This document shows, piece after piece, positions 33,189-43,836 of a DNA stretch of 64,000 nt. This DNA is from an uncultured Planctomycetota bacterium (GTDB lineage Bacteria > Planctomycetota > Planctomycetia > Isosphaerales > Isosphaeraceae). The position numbers were made by a program, and so were the translations under genes. A model generated the notes under the pieces. That model ran no database searches, was not told where the DNA came from, and was given only the letters and a program-made list of their open reading frames with translations. The DNA is taken from NCBI GenBank assembly GCA_963823665.1, contig CAWGMQ010000006.1, positions 480,001 through 544,000 on the forward strand, in the 5' to 3' direction. How positions within the stretch are numbered: position 1 is the stretch's first letter; each line of letters opens with the position of its first letter.

Positions 33189-34433
33189 ATGTCGATCCCG
33201 GCGAGGCAGCATTTTAGAGAGGTAACGGTGCGTGGCAGGAATAGCGCCCTGGCGATTTTCATCGTCGCCTCATTGACTCATCCGGTCGCCGCGCAAAGTC
33301 AGTGGCCCACGAAGAGCTGGCCTGCCACGGAGCCGCGTGCCGTCGGGCTCGACGCCAAGGTGCTCGAGGCGCTCGATGCGGATATCGCCGCCGGCAAATT
33401 TGGCAACGTCGACAGCATGCTGATCATTCGGCATGGCAAGGTTGCCTTCGAACGGTCGTACAAGCACGATTATGATCGCATCTACAAGGAGCAAGCCCAG
33501 ACGCCCGGCGCGCTGAACCCCCACGATCCAAGCGGCCCGTACAACTACTTCAACCCGTGGTGGCACCCCTATTATCGCCGTGGTGATCTCCACACGATGC
33601 AGTCAGTGACGAAGACGGTGACCTCGGTGGTCATCGGCGTCGCGATAGCGCGAAAGGAGTTTCCCGATCCGGAGACGCCGGTCATGCGATTCTTCGACGC
33701 AGCCGGGGTGAAGAACGTCGACGCGAGGAAGGAGCGTCTGACCATTCGCCACCTGCTCACGATGACAGCCGGGCTGGACTGGGATGAAGACGTCCCCTAC
33801 CAGGACCCCAAAAACACGTGCAGCGTCATGGAGGCGAGCTTCGACTGGGTCAAGTTCACGATCGATCGACCGATGGCCCACGAGCCCGGGACGGTGTTCA
33901 AATACAACAGCGGCGCGACGCAATTGCTGTCGTTTATCTTCAGGAAGGCGACGGGCACCGACATCGAGGAGTACGCCGAGCGGCATCTATTCGTTCCGCT
34001 TGGCATTGAGCGATATTTCTGGAAACGCACGCCGACCGGACTGGCTGACACGGAGGGAGGGCTCTACCTGCGAACGCGCGACATTGCGAAGATCGCTTAT
34101 CTATTCCTCCGGGATGGCGTCTGGGACGGGAAGGCCGTCGTGGAGCGGGACTGGGTGAAGGCGTCACTTTCGCCGAGCGTCACGGTGGCCGCCGGAAAGG
34201 TCAAGTACGGATTCAAGTGGTGGCTTTATTCGTATGGCAAGGAAGGCGATCGCTGGGCGTGGGGCGGATCGGGTTTCGGCGGGCAGAGACCGATCGTGGT
34301 GCCCGAGTACGACCTGGTCATGGTCTTCACCGCCTGGGACATTCTCCCTGGCCGGCCGGCCCTCACGACACGGGTCGCGATCGACCGCGTGATCCAAGCG
34401 GTTGTCGATCGACCGGGTGGTGCGAGCCCATAA
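33189..34433 (+). CDS. Serine hydrolase, beta-lactamase class C/NylB-like family
   Basis: SVTK (SxxK), TIRHLLTMTAGL, PGTVFKYNSG (YxS), GGLYLRTRDIAK, YGFKWW, GFGGQ; signal-like N-terminus. The exact start is uncertain. Confidence 0.9.
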   Translation: MSIPARQHFREVTVRGRNSALAIFIVASLTHPVAAQSQWPTKSWPATEPRAVGLDAKVLEALDADIAAGKFGNVDSMLIIRHGKVAFERSYKHDYDRIYKEQAQTPGALNPHDPSGPYNYFNPWWHPYYRRGDLHTMQSVTKTVTSVVIGVAIARKEFPDPETPVMRFFDAAGVKNVDARKERLTIRHLLTMTAGLDWDEDVPYQDPKNTCSVMEASFDWVKFTIDRPMAHEPGTVFKYNSGATQLLSFIFRKATGTDIEEYAERHLFVPLGIERYFWKRTPTGLADTEGGLYLRTRDIAKIAYLFLRDGVWDGKAVVERDWVKASLSPSVTVAAGKVKYGFKWWLYSYGKEGDRWAWGGSGFGGQRPIVVPEYDLVMVFTAWDILPGRPALTTRVAIDRVIQAVVDRPGGASP

Positions 34434-34484
34434 CGTTTCTCGGTGCTCAAGGTCCGGGATCCGTTGATCGCGGGGAAAGCCGAG

Positions 34485-37400
34485 CTAGGCTTGCCGGAAG
34501 CCCGGCACGAGGCATGAAGCCATCCGGGATGGATTGACGATCGACTGGGCGCGCATCCAGGCCTCGGCCTGCTCGACCATCGCGCGGCCGGTGTCTCCGC
34601 CCCGCAGTTGACCGAGGTGATGCCGCGCCGAGGCGGCGAAGAGGCCCATGTCTGCTATCTCGAATCGCTGTACAGCATCGGCCAGAAGCCGCTCAGCTCG
34701 CACGGTATCGCCCCTGACATTGGCCACAGCGGCCCTGATTCCCTGGGCGTGGGCCCGCGTCCAGGGCAATTGCTGGCGATCCAGACGGCGAGCGGATTTT
34801 TCTGCATGACGGAGCAATGGCCCGGGCCCGGCCGAGACCGCCGCCATCGCAACGGCACAGCGCCCTGCGTGCTGGATCACGTCGGCCTGGACCTGCTCGA
34901 TCCGCAACAACAGCGACGACTGCAAGAGCCGCTCGGTCTCCTTGATCCGACGCCAGGCGGCGGCCGCATCACCGGCGTACGAGTCAATATAAAGACTCCC
35001 ATAATAAAAATTGAGATGCTGGATGTGAAAACCTTGATGCGACCATTCTCCGAGCGCCTGGCGGGCGAACCGGCGGGCGCCTTCGACGTCGTCAAGAGCG
35101 AGGGGGATGAAGGCACCGACATAGGGCCCGGGCGTGGCCAGCATGTAGCGATCGCCGCGCTCGCGCGCCTCGTGGAAGATTTCCTGGCAGCGAGTGCCGA
35201 GCTCGGCGAGCCTCCCGAGCGACCACAGTGACCAGAGGGCGAAGATCCGGGTCGTGTCCAGCTCCCAGATGACGCCCGTGCATCGATCACGGAAGATCGC
35301 TTCGGCGCGGTCCGCGAATTCGAGTGCCCGGCGGTAACGGCCAATCAGGAACTCGGCCGCGCCGGCGGAGAGGCTGGCCATGCCCAGCGCATGAGGGTTG
35401 CCGAGCCGGTCCGCCAGGCTGGTGGCGGCTCGAACCAGCCTTTCGGTCCGGCGCCACACGGGCCGTCCCTGACAGGCAACGTGCACGGCCTCCCAACCCA
35501 GGGCCAGTGCAATCCGCGACGGTTCACCGGCCTCGAGCGCCAGCAGCAGGCTTCTTGTCTGGTAGTCGGCTCCCCGGATCACGTCGACGATGCTGATGCC
35601 GATGGCCACCGATCGAGAAATGTCGATCAGCTCAAGCTTTTCGCGTGGCACTTCGGCCTCGGCGCGCTCGTGGAAGCGCAGGCCGCGCAGCCGGAGGCGT
35701 GCGCGGCTCTTCAGAAGGCGCAAGAGTGCGCGGCGCGGCGTGCGCGGCAGGCTCAGTCCCACGCGGTCAAGAATCGCGCCGAAAGCAGAGAGACCCTCGT
35801 CAATGTGTCCGCTTACCAGGAACTGGTAGGCTGCGCGGCGCTGGAGCTCGATCAGCTCGAGCTGATCGGAGCCCGCGGCTGCCTCCTGGTAAACTCGCGC
35901 CGCTTCGACACTGCGACCGACGTTGGCGAGCGCATCGCCCAGCCGCGTGCGAATCCGTCGCGCCGCGGCGGGGTCGGCCGGGCCCAGCTCCAGCGCGCGG
36001 CGATAGAGCTTGACGGCCCGATCAAAGGCCAGTGCCTCGCTCGCCTCGTCCGCCGAGAGAGCGTAGTAGTGGCCGGCGCTCGACTGCTCACCGGCCCCCT
36101 CGAAGTGCACGGCCAGCGTTTCGGGATCCGCCCCTCCGGCCTGATCCAGCTCGGCGGCCAGACGTCGATTTACTTCACGCAAGCGGTCGGCGTCCAGATG
36201 GTTGACCACTGTCTCCCGGATCCGGTCGTGATAGGTTTCCACCTCATCAAGCGATCCCAGGCCCGTACCTCGGATCAGGTGTTGGGCACGCAAGAGTGTG
36301 AGCCCGGAAAACCCCTGATTGCCCAGATCGGCAGCCTTGCAGGCGATCGCCTGCCGAAGCGGCTGGCCCGCGACGGCAAGGATCTCGAGTAGGGCCAGGG
36401 CCTCCGCCGGCAACCTGCCGATCCGCCGCCCGAGTACGCTGTCGAGACTGATCTGGGTCGACAGTGTGCCGCCTTCGCCCAGCTCGCCTCCCTCATCGAG
36501 GTATTCGACCAGCTCGTAGACGAAGTAAGGGCTGCCCCCCGACTCGCGCACGATCGTCTCGGCGAGGGCAACCGCGGCGGGATCGTCCTGACCAATCAAC
36601 CGCAGTGCCAGCTCGCGTCCCTCAGCGAGTGTGAGCGGCTCCAGCGCGACCTCGCGTTGGTCGCGTGGGGCAGAGCCATCGCTCTCTTGCTGCAGAACGA
36701 TGCGCAGGAAGGGGCTGAGCGCGGCGTATTCGCTCCGGTACGAAGCGACCAGAAGAAGCACCGGTGCGTCGGGTGGGCGCAACAACTCCGAAAGCAGAAG
36801 GGCGCTGTCCAGGTCGCCCCACTGGAGATCGTCGATGGCCAGCACGAGCGGACGACGGTCGCCGATGCGCGCCAGCAGCTCGCGAAGCGCGGCGAAGGCC
36901 CGCCGCCGCAGCTCGAGGCGGTCGAGCGAGGTGTGAGGGCGGCTCGGCGCTTCCGCCACGGCCTCCACTCGCCGCAACACGGGGAAAACTTGAGCAAGCG
37001 TCGACATGTCCCGAGGAATGAGGGCATCGGCCTCACGCCGGGACAGCCGGCGCAGGTAGCGCGAAAGGGCATCGATCAACGTGTCGACCGCCTTGTACGC
37101 CACCGACTCCTGTTCATAGCAGCGCCCGGTCAGGATGACTGCGTCGTCGCGCTCGAACAGCCCCTCGAGGAATCGCTGGATGAGGGAGCTCTTGCCAACG
37201 CCCGAGCGGCCGTGAACGAGCACGGTCACCGTTCCGCCCTGGCACGTGTCCTTGAATGCACAGTCGAGCGCGGCAAGCTGCGGCTCGCGGCCCACGAACA
37301 ACCGGCGCAGAGCGGCCATCCGCGACGATTCTCCCGCGCTTCCTCCCAGCCGTCGCAGGATCTCCTCGCCCGATGGACGTTCACGCGGGTCTCGCCCCAG

Positions 37401-38543
37401 CAGATCCATGCACAGCCGGTCCAGTTCCTGGGGGACATCCGGAAACAGCGACGCCGGCGAAGCCGGGTCTGTTCGCTGTTTTTCCATGAGGACCTTCAAG
37501 AACTTGCCCTCGTGCGGCAAGCGCCCCGAGAGTGCCCGGTAGAGCATCACACCCACGGCGTACCAGTCAGTTGCCTCATTCACGGGGCAGCCCGCGGCCT
37601 GCTCCGGAGCCATGTAGGCCGCCGTTCCGACGATGTGCCCGTCCGTCGTCTCCGGGTCTGCCCGCGCATCCACGTTCGTGGACAGTCCGAAGTCCAGAAG
37701 GACCAACCGGCCCTGCCGCGTCACCAGCACGTTCGACGGCTTGATGTCCCGGTGCAGCCTCCCCTGCCCATGCAATTCGGCCAGCACCTCGGCCAACTGT
37801 ATGAGTGCCGCCCGAAGGCGCGCGTAGTCCGGGCGCACGGCGGATAGTCGAACCGGCTCAGCCGGCGGGACGAGCGCCACCGGGTCAACCTCCGTGCCCG
37901 GCAGGGGGGATTCGGATTCTGAGCCGCCGACGGTCGACTCGACTGGGGCGGATCCCGCACGCGGCGGGGACGACGCTTCCGGGTCGAATTCGGTCGAGCC
38001 GGGTCGCGAGGCCCCGGGCCCCAGTCGATCGGTCTGATCCAGGCTCGCGTCGAGACCAGCGCCGGTCGCCTCGGTCCGGGCCGGCCGTGGAGCAAACTCG
38101 GCCTCGGTCGGCGGCGGGCACGCGCCGCCTCCCTGCGCCGGCAAATCTTCGGCCGCCGGGTCGCGCTGAGTCAATCGCCCCGCCCCTGGGGCATCCGTCT
38201 GGCCGAGCGTGTCATCCGCCGGACCGCTGGGCTCGGGGCAGACGTACTCGAGAAAATCCACGCCTTCCACCAGCTCCATCGTGAAGAACCACTCGTTCCC
38301 CTCCGAGAAGAGCTCATGAAGCCGCACCAGGCCGGGATGGGTCATGTCCGCCAGCGAGCGGAACTCTCTCTTGAATCGATAGAGCGAGCTGGCATCCAGC
38401 CGGAGGATGGTCTTGAGCGCAACCCGCTCGTTCCGCTCGCTGTCGAATGCCTCGTACACCACTCCCATTCCGCCCGCGCCCAGGCGCCGCCGGATTGTAA
38501 ACCTTTGCGTACCCGTGAATGTGTCGAGTGGGTTCTTGTGCAA
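34485..38543 (-). CDS. Ser/Thr protein kinase fused to an AAA/P-loop ATPase and a helical-repeat C-terminus (no TM seen)
   Basis: LGAGGMGVVY, VALK, LHRDIKPSNVL, DFG, YMAPEQ; FVGREPQL, Walker A GRSGVGKS, Walker B LVLAIDDLQWGD, SGGSPYFV. TTG start is uncertain. Confidence 0.92.
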   Translation of the reverse strand: MHKNPLDTFTGTQRFTIRRRLGAGGMGVVYEAFDSERNERVALKTILRLDASSLYRFKREFRSLADMTHPGLVRLHELFSEGNEWFFTMELVEGVDFLEYVCPEPSGPADDTLGQTDAPGAGRLTQRDPAAEDLPAQGGGACPPPTEAEFAPRPARTEATGAGLDASLDQTDRLGPGASRPGSTEFDPEASSPPRAGSAPVESTVGGSESESPLPGTEVDPVALVPPAEPVRLSAVRPDYARLRAALIQLAEVLAELHGQGRLHRDIKPSNVLVTRQGRLVLLDFGLSTNVDARADPETTDGHIVGTAAYMAPEQAAGCPVNEATDWYAVGVMLYRALSGRLPHEGKFLKVLMEKQRTDPASPASLFPDVPQELDRLCMDLLGRDPRERPSGEEILRRLGGSAGESSRMAALRRLFVGREPQLAALDCAFKDTCQGGTVTVLVHGRSGVGKSSLIQRFLEGLFERDDAVILTGRCYEQESVAYKAVDTLIDALSRYLRRLSRREADALIPRDMSTLAQVFPVLRRVEAVAEAPSRPHTSLDRLELRRRAFAALRELLARIGDRRPLVLAIDDLQWGDLDSALLLSELLRPPDAPVLLLVASYRSEYAALSPFLRIVLQQESDGSAPRDQREVALEPLTLAEGRELALRLIGQDDPAAVALAETIVRESGGSPYFVYELVEYLDEGGELGEGGTLSTQISLDSVLGRRIGRLPAEALALLEILAVAGQPLRQAIACKAADLGNQGFSGLTLLRAQHLIRGTGLGSLDEVETYHDRIRETVVNHLDADRLREVNRRLAAELDQAGGADPETLAVHFEGAGEQSSAGHYYALSADEASEALAFDRAVKLYRRALELGPADPAAARRIRTRLGDALANVGRSVEAARVYQEAAAGSDQLELIELQRRAAYQFLVSGHIDEGLSAFGAILDRVGLSLPRTPRRALLRLLKSRARLRLRGLRFHERAEAEVPREKLELIDISRSVAIGISIVDVIRGADYQTRSLLLALEAGEPSRIALALGWEAVHVACQGRPVWRRTERLVRAATSLADRLGNPHALGMASLSAGAAEFLIGRYRRALEFADRAEAIFRDRCTGVIWELDTTRIFALWSLWSLGRLAELGTRCQEIFHEARERGDRYMLATPGPYVGAFIPLALDDVEGARRFARQALGEWSHQGFHIQHLNFYYGSLYIDSYAGDAAAAWRRIKETERLLQSSLLLRIEQVQADVIQHAGRCAVAMAAVSAGPGPLLRHAEKSARRLDRQQLPWTRAHAQGIRAAVANVRGDTVRAERLLADAVQRFEIADMGLFAASARHHLGQLRGGDTGRAMVEQAEAWMRAQSIVNPSRMASCLVPGFRQA

Positions 38544-38656
38544 CAGACTACATCCGCGGGAAGGACGGTGAAAGGCGGCGGGTCGGCCGAGCGATGAATC
38601 TCCGGCGGCAAGTATACCCTGGGAAGGAGTCTGTCCGCGAGGAAACCGAGATGTGA

Positions 38657-41600
38657 TCAGCGTACGGGGGCGAAGACGTCCTCCGGCAGCTCGCTGGACG
38701 GGCCGGCGAGGACAGCTTCGGCCTCGGTGGAGAACTGAAGCAGCTCGGCGGCTTTAATCCCATCAAGGTTCTTCGGCTCTCTTTGCCAGCGCGCGGCGCG
38801 ATCCAAGCTCTCGCGGGCCTGGTCGCCATGTCCGAGCCGGTGGTGAGCCATGGCCTGGAATAAGAAGTCGAAGCCGTCGAGCCGGCCGCGGTTGGCAGCG
38901 CGGCTGCGCTCGAGGATGGCAATGGCCTCGGCGTAATGGCCCGCCCGGTACAGGACGACGCCCATCGTGTTGAGGTACGTGCCTTCGCTGGGATGCAGCT
39001 CCACGGCCCGTCGGGCGAGCGCCACCGCGCGGTCAAGATCGCGCCGCGCCACGGGACCGTTGGCCAGCGGCCAGGCAAGGTTGTTGCAGCAAAACGCCAG
39101 CGATTGCCGGAAAACCCACTGCTCGGGTTCGAGGGCCACTGCGGCCTCCAGATCGGCGCTCGCGGGCTGGTACTGCTTCATCCAGCGATAGACCGTACCG
39201 CGCACGGCCCGGTAGTGGGCGTCGTCCGGTCGCAAATGGATCGCTCGCGTCAGGTCGTCGATGGCCTCCGGGTAGCGTAGCAGAGTGGCGTACGCGTGAG
39301 CACGATGATGGAGAGCGTCGGCGTCGTTGGGCTCGTCCATGAGTCGCGCCGTGTACCGCTCGAGCAGGACTGCTCCGCGGTCGTCGAAGTGGCGGTCAAG
39401 CCAGGGAAGGAAGCCGTAGTTGACCCGGAGCGGCGTGAGGAGCGCTAAGGATGCACGGGCCGGGTCAAGGTCGGAGTAGGCCGGCGCGTCCCAGTCGAGG
39501 TGCATGCCGGCGAGTTGCTTGCGGATGGTGCGCAGGTCCCAGACGTGTACGGCCGGACCATCATCGGTGGTCACCACGATCCGCGAGCCGTCGGGGCTGA
39601 AGGCGGCCCAGCCCTGGCACAAATCAGGGCTTTCGAGTCGCGCCAGCGTGCGGCCGGTCTCGGTCTCCACGAGGCGAAATATCTTGCTGTCATCCTGGAC
39701 CACCATCAGCCGCCCGTCGGGGGAGAAATCATAGCCATGACCGCCGATCTGCCTCGCCTCTCGCCAGGTGCCGACTTCCCAGAGCCGGCAGGGCGAATTC
39801 TCCGTCATCAGCCATTTCCCATCAGGGCTGAAGGTGACGCCCCCCGAACCATAATCGAGGGGAAGGTCGGCGACTTTTTGGAAATCGGAGGTCCGCCAGA
39901 CCTGGGCACCGCGACTCTCGATGTGGGTACCGGTCGCCAGCCATTGCCCGTCGGGACTGACGGCGACCCTGCGGCAGTCCACCAGCGGGCCCACACGGGC
40001 TGAGAGTTCGGGAGTCGTGACATAGGCATAGGTGTAGTCGGCCTTGGCCACGATCCGGCCCGACCGGTCCTGCGCGATTCCACAGTATCCCAGCGGCAAG
40101 GCAAGCCCGCGCGGCGGGCCCATGCCGGATTCGCCGCCGTCTGAGTCGAGCCGGATCGGCCACCGATTCACGCCGAGCGCGCCACTGGTGATCAAGTCAC
40201 CGGAGGAATCGAACATCACGTTCCACGTGGTGCCGATCGCCGCGAAGGCAAGCTCGGTGCCACGGGCCAGATCCCATAGCACCACACCCTGATCGGTACC
40301 GACGGCGAGCAGCCGGCCATCATGCCTGATCGTCGGGCGTTGATAGTCCATCTGCCGGCCGGAAATATGAGCGAACGTCCGGTATTCCAGGGCCGGGTCG
40401 ACCTGGTACGTGGTGAGTTTATCCTCGAGCGAAACGACGACCCTCCCATCCCGGCTCATTTCGGGGTTGGATTCGCCGGTCACGGTCAGCCAGTTCCGGC
40501 CCAGGATCGCATCCCACAGCCATAGTCGCCCTTCCCAGCCGTTGCTGATCAGCAGCGTGCCGGCGGGGTGGAAAGCGACGTGCACGCCCTTGGCGCTGTG
40601 GCCTTCCAGGGTCGACGTGCGTATGCCGCCCGCGGCATCCCAGACCATGATCTTTCGATCATCAAACGGGATAGCCAGCGCGGTGCCGTCGGGACTCCAC
40701 GCGACGCCGGCCGGGTTGGGTGGGAGGGCGATGGTGCTGACCTGCCGGCCCGTTTCCGTCTCGAGGATCACGCAGGCGGGGCCGTTTTTTTCGTCATAGA
40801 GGACCGCGATCCGGTTGCCGTCCGGCCGGATAGCGAGGCCCCGTGCCGGTCCGGTCCCTCGGTGCTGCCGGGCGATCCGACGGTTCGCGAGATCGTGGAC
40901 CACCAGCGCTCCATCAGTACGGGCCAGGATCAGCCGCCGGCCATCCGGGGCGAACTGGATCGCTCGCACGTACGATATCGGTCCCGGATCATTGAGCGCC
41001 AGGCGCGCCCGTCGATGTCCCGGATCGTTACGGCTCCGCCGGGTTGATGCCCGGCGGCGAGATAACGGCCGTCGGGGCTGAAGCCGTACAGCCTGGCATC
41101 GCGCACGCCCCGGGCCCGGAACTGGTCGATTTCCTGGTCATCGAGAGCGCGGCGGACCGAGATCGCTCCATCGCGGAACCGCAGGGCGTACCGCGTCATG
41201 GTCGGATCGAAGCTGGTCGCAATGACGTCTCGGGGCCGGTGGATGACCCTGCCGGCCGGCTTGAGATCCGGCAGCGCCAGTGCGGCAATCGCCAGGTCGC
41301 GTAGCGAATCGCGCCGCGCGGCCGATCCCGTCCCCGGGGGAAGGCCCTCGAGCAGATTCGCGGCCTGGCTCACGGCCTTGAGGGTCTCGAATCGCTGGCC
41401 TTGCCGGCGGCTGAACAGCCCGTTTCGGGCTTGCGCCGTGTAGGCGTCGACCGCTCGCCACTCAGCATTCAGAGCCACGTCGTCCGAGCGGGCGCGCTCG
41501 AGCCTGAGCGCCTCGGCCTGGTTCCGAAAGACGATGGCCGCAGCCATCGCCGCGGCGGCCAGGACGATCATCAAGAGCGCCGCGGCGATGTTGGCGCCGG

Positions 41601-43009
41601 CCAGCCAGGGCTCGCGCCTGCACCAGCGCCAGAACCGCTCGACGGACGACACCGGCCGCGAGCGGATCGGCCGCCCTTCGACGAACCTCCGCAGCTCACT
41701 GGCCAGCTCGCCGGCCGAGCCGAACCGGTCAGCCCTGTCTTTGGCGATGGCCTTCAGGACGATCGTCTCCAGGTCGCGCGGGATGTTTCCTTCGAGCTGC
41801 CGCGGCGGCGGTGGCGGGTCATTGCGGATGCGCTCGATCAGCCGGATCTGGTCGGTCTCCTCGAACGGCGGCCGCAGCGCCAGCAGCTCATACAGCGTCG
41901 CGCCGAGAGAATAGACATCGCCTCGACGTTCCGACGTTCCCCGGAATCGCTCCGGCGCCATGTAGCGGAGCGTCCCGACCAGCTCGCGCGATTGCGAGGG
42001 GTCGGTGCTCTCCTCGAGTTTCGCCAGGCCGAAGTCGGTGACCCATATGTTGCCCATTGCGTCCAGAAGCAGATTCGACGGCTTGATGTCGCGATGCAGC
42101 ACGCCGCGACGGTGGGCGTACTCCAGGGCGTCGGCCACCTGCACGCCGAGTCTGGCGATCTCGCGGTAGTATCGCAGCTCACGCAAGCCGCCCAGCGATG
42201 ATGATTCGAGCGTCGACGGCTGACGGCCATCGCACTCTTCCAGCCCTGGCTCCCGATCGCCCGCGCGCATCGCATCGGCAGCCGGAGCCTCCTCGCCGCC
42301 GGCGGTGCTCGCGGTGGTCGTGAGATCCGGGTCCGTCGCCGCGGCGACGCGACCGGTCAACAGTCCTCTCGCGGCGGCCGTGGCCGGGATGGTGATGATC
42401 CCATCGGGGACGATGAGACTCTCGGCGTGCGTGTCGTCTTCACGCAGATGACGGATGTCGGCCAGGACACGGTCCAGGGGCTGACCCTCGATGAACTGCA
42501 TGGCGTAATAGCAGACCCCATCCTGTTCGCCGTAATCGAAGACGCCGACGATATTGGTATGGTGCAGCCCGGCCGCCAGGCGGGCCTCGGCGTGGAACCG
42601 CCGCGAGTATTTCGAGTCGGCCCGGAACCGCGGCTGCATGACCTTGAGCGCGACCCGGTTCTTGAGCGATTCGTGCTCGGCCTCGTACACGACGCCCATT
42701 CCCCCGCCGCCGACCCGGCGGCGGATGAGGTAGTCACCGAGTCGTTCCGGCGACGGGCTAGCGTCTCCGGATTCGCTCGCGAACGTGCTGTATCTCGAGG
42801 GTGGTGTGAGGCTGCCGCTCAAAGTCGCCGAGCTGCTCCAGCTCGACCAGCGCCGGAATCAACTCGCGAATCCGTGCGGCCAGCTCCGGGTGGCGTGCCA
42901 TCAGCTCGGTCAGTGCCGGCCGTTCTCCACGACGGAACCGGTCCAGAAACGACTCGACGACCGGTCCCAGGGGATCGTCGTCCGGCGGTTCCATCGATCC
43001 GCCATTCAT
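38657..43009 (-). CDS. Ser/Thr protein kinase with a TM helix, WD40 repeats and TPR repeats; frameshifts near 42760-42830 and 41002
   Basis: ATG 43009 overlaps the sigma stop (ATGA). N-terminus VESFLDRFRRGERPAL...HPELAARIREL; GGGGMGVVY, LHRDIKPSNLL, DFG, YMAPE; TM WLAGANIAAALLMIVLAAAAMAAAIVF; SPDG/WD repeats; TPR-like segments such as YLNTMGVVLYRAGHYAEAI. Confidence 0.9.
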
Positions 43010-43638
43010 GACCATTCCTCCTTCGGCCCGTCCGGCAAGACGGAGAGAATGTCCTTGAGGCGTCCCAGGGCCCGCAGGTAGCGCTTGGTAGCCGCCGACT
43101 CGCCTAGCCCGAGCACCCGCGCGCACTCGCCGTTGGTGAGCTGCTCGAAGTGGCGCAGGACCAGGACTTCGCGGTCGATCGCTTCCATGCGCTCGAGCAC
43201 TTCCAGCAAACGTCGCTTGCGCTCGGCCCGGATGGCCACGTCGCTCGCCCGGGTGTCGCGGCCCAGAAGCTGGGCCGCGAGTGCCGCCGAGCTCGCCGCG
43301 GGAACCGTCGCGGTGTTGATCGAAACGTCACGACCGGCATCTCGCGATTTCGCTCCGAGCTGCTGGCGGTGCACGATCTGCAACCGCTGGAGCGTGAGGA
43401 ACCTGAGCCACAAGAACGGCGGCATCCGATCAGACTGGTCTGTGTATTCCGGTCGCCGCTCCGTGGCCTCAAGGAATGCCTCCTGGATCACGTCCGAAGG
43501 GTCGATGCGGCCGCGCAGCCGCTGGTCCAGCCGCAGCGCGACCATCCGCCGCAGGCGCTTGCGGTGCGCCGATAGAAACTGACCCCACCTGGCGCGGTCC
43601 TCGCCCCTGGAGTCGCCTGCGGCATCGTTCGTGTCCAT
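43006..43638 (-). CDS. ECF RNA polymerase sigma factor (planctomycete TIGR02984-like, kinase-associated)
   Basis: HRKRLRRMVALRLDQRLRGRIDPSDVIQEAFLEA, FLWLRFLT, DREVLVLRHFEQLTNGECARVLGLGESAATKRYLRALGRL; translationally coupled to a kinase. Confidence 0.92.
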   Translation of the reverse strand: MDTNDAAGDSRGEDRARWGQFLSAHRKRLRRMVALRLDQRLRGRIDPSDVIQEAFLEATERRPEYTDQSDRMPPFLWLRFLTLQRLQIVHRQQLGAKSRDAGRDVSINTATVPAASSAALAAQLLGRDTRASDVAIRAERKRRLLEVLERMEAIDREVLVLRHFEQLTNGECARVLGLGESAATKRYLRALGRLKDILSVLPDGPKEEWS

Positions 43639-43644
43639 GATGGT

Positions 43645-43683
43645 TAAGACTGCGCGCGGACACCGATTCGGGACAAGAAAAAA
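43645..43683 (-). promoter_or_regulatory. Candidate autoregulatory ECF promoter TTTTTTC-T-TGTCCCG-N13-GCGCAGT-CTTA
   Basis: The same elements and spacing recur at 47205..47242. GCGCAGT ends 10 nt before the sigma ATG and there is no Shine-Dalgarno sequence. Confidence 0.65.
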
Positions 43684-43836
43684 GCCGCATGAGCATTTTC
43701 TCAACAATATTATCAAATTGCGACCTGAATCTCGCTTGCTTGTCTGGCTTCGGTTCTCTCTCAGCAGTATGCTCTAGCGCGACCGCGCTTCGGCCGGCGG
43801 AGCGAGGGACATTCACCCGCGGCGTGGAGCATCGCC

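Noticed and set aside
33189..34433. Antibiotic-resistance beta-lactamase
   Set aside because: The motifs fit the broad serine hydrolase/NylB-like family; activity on beta-lactams cannot be inferred.
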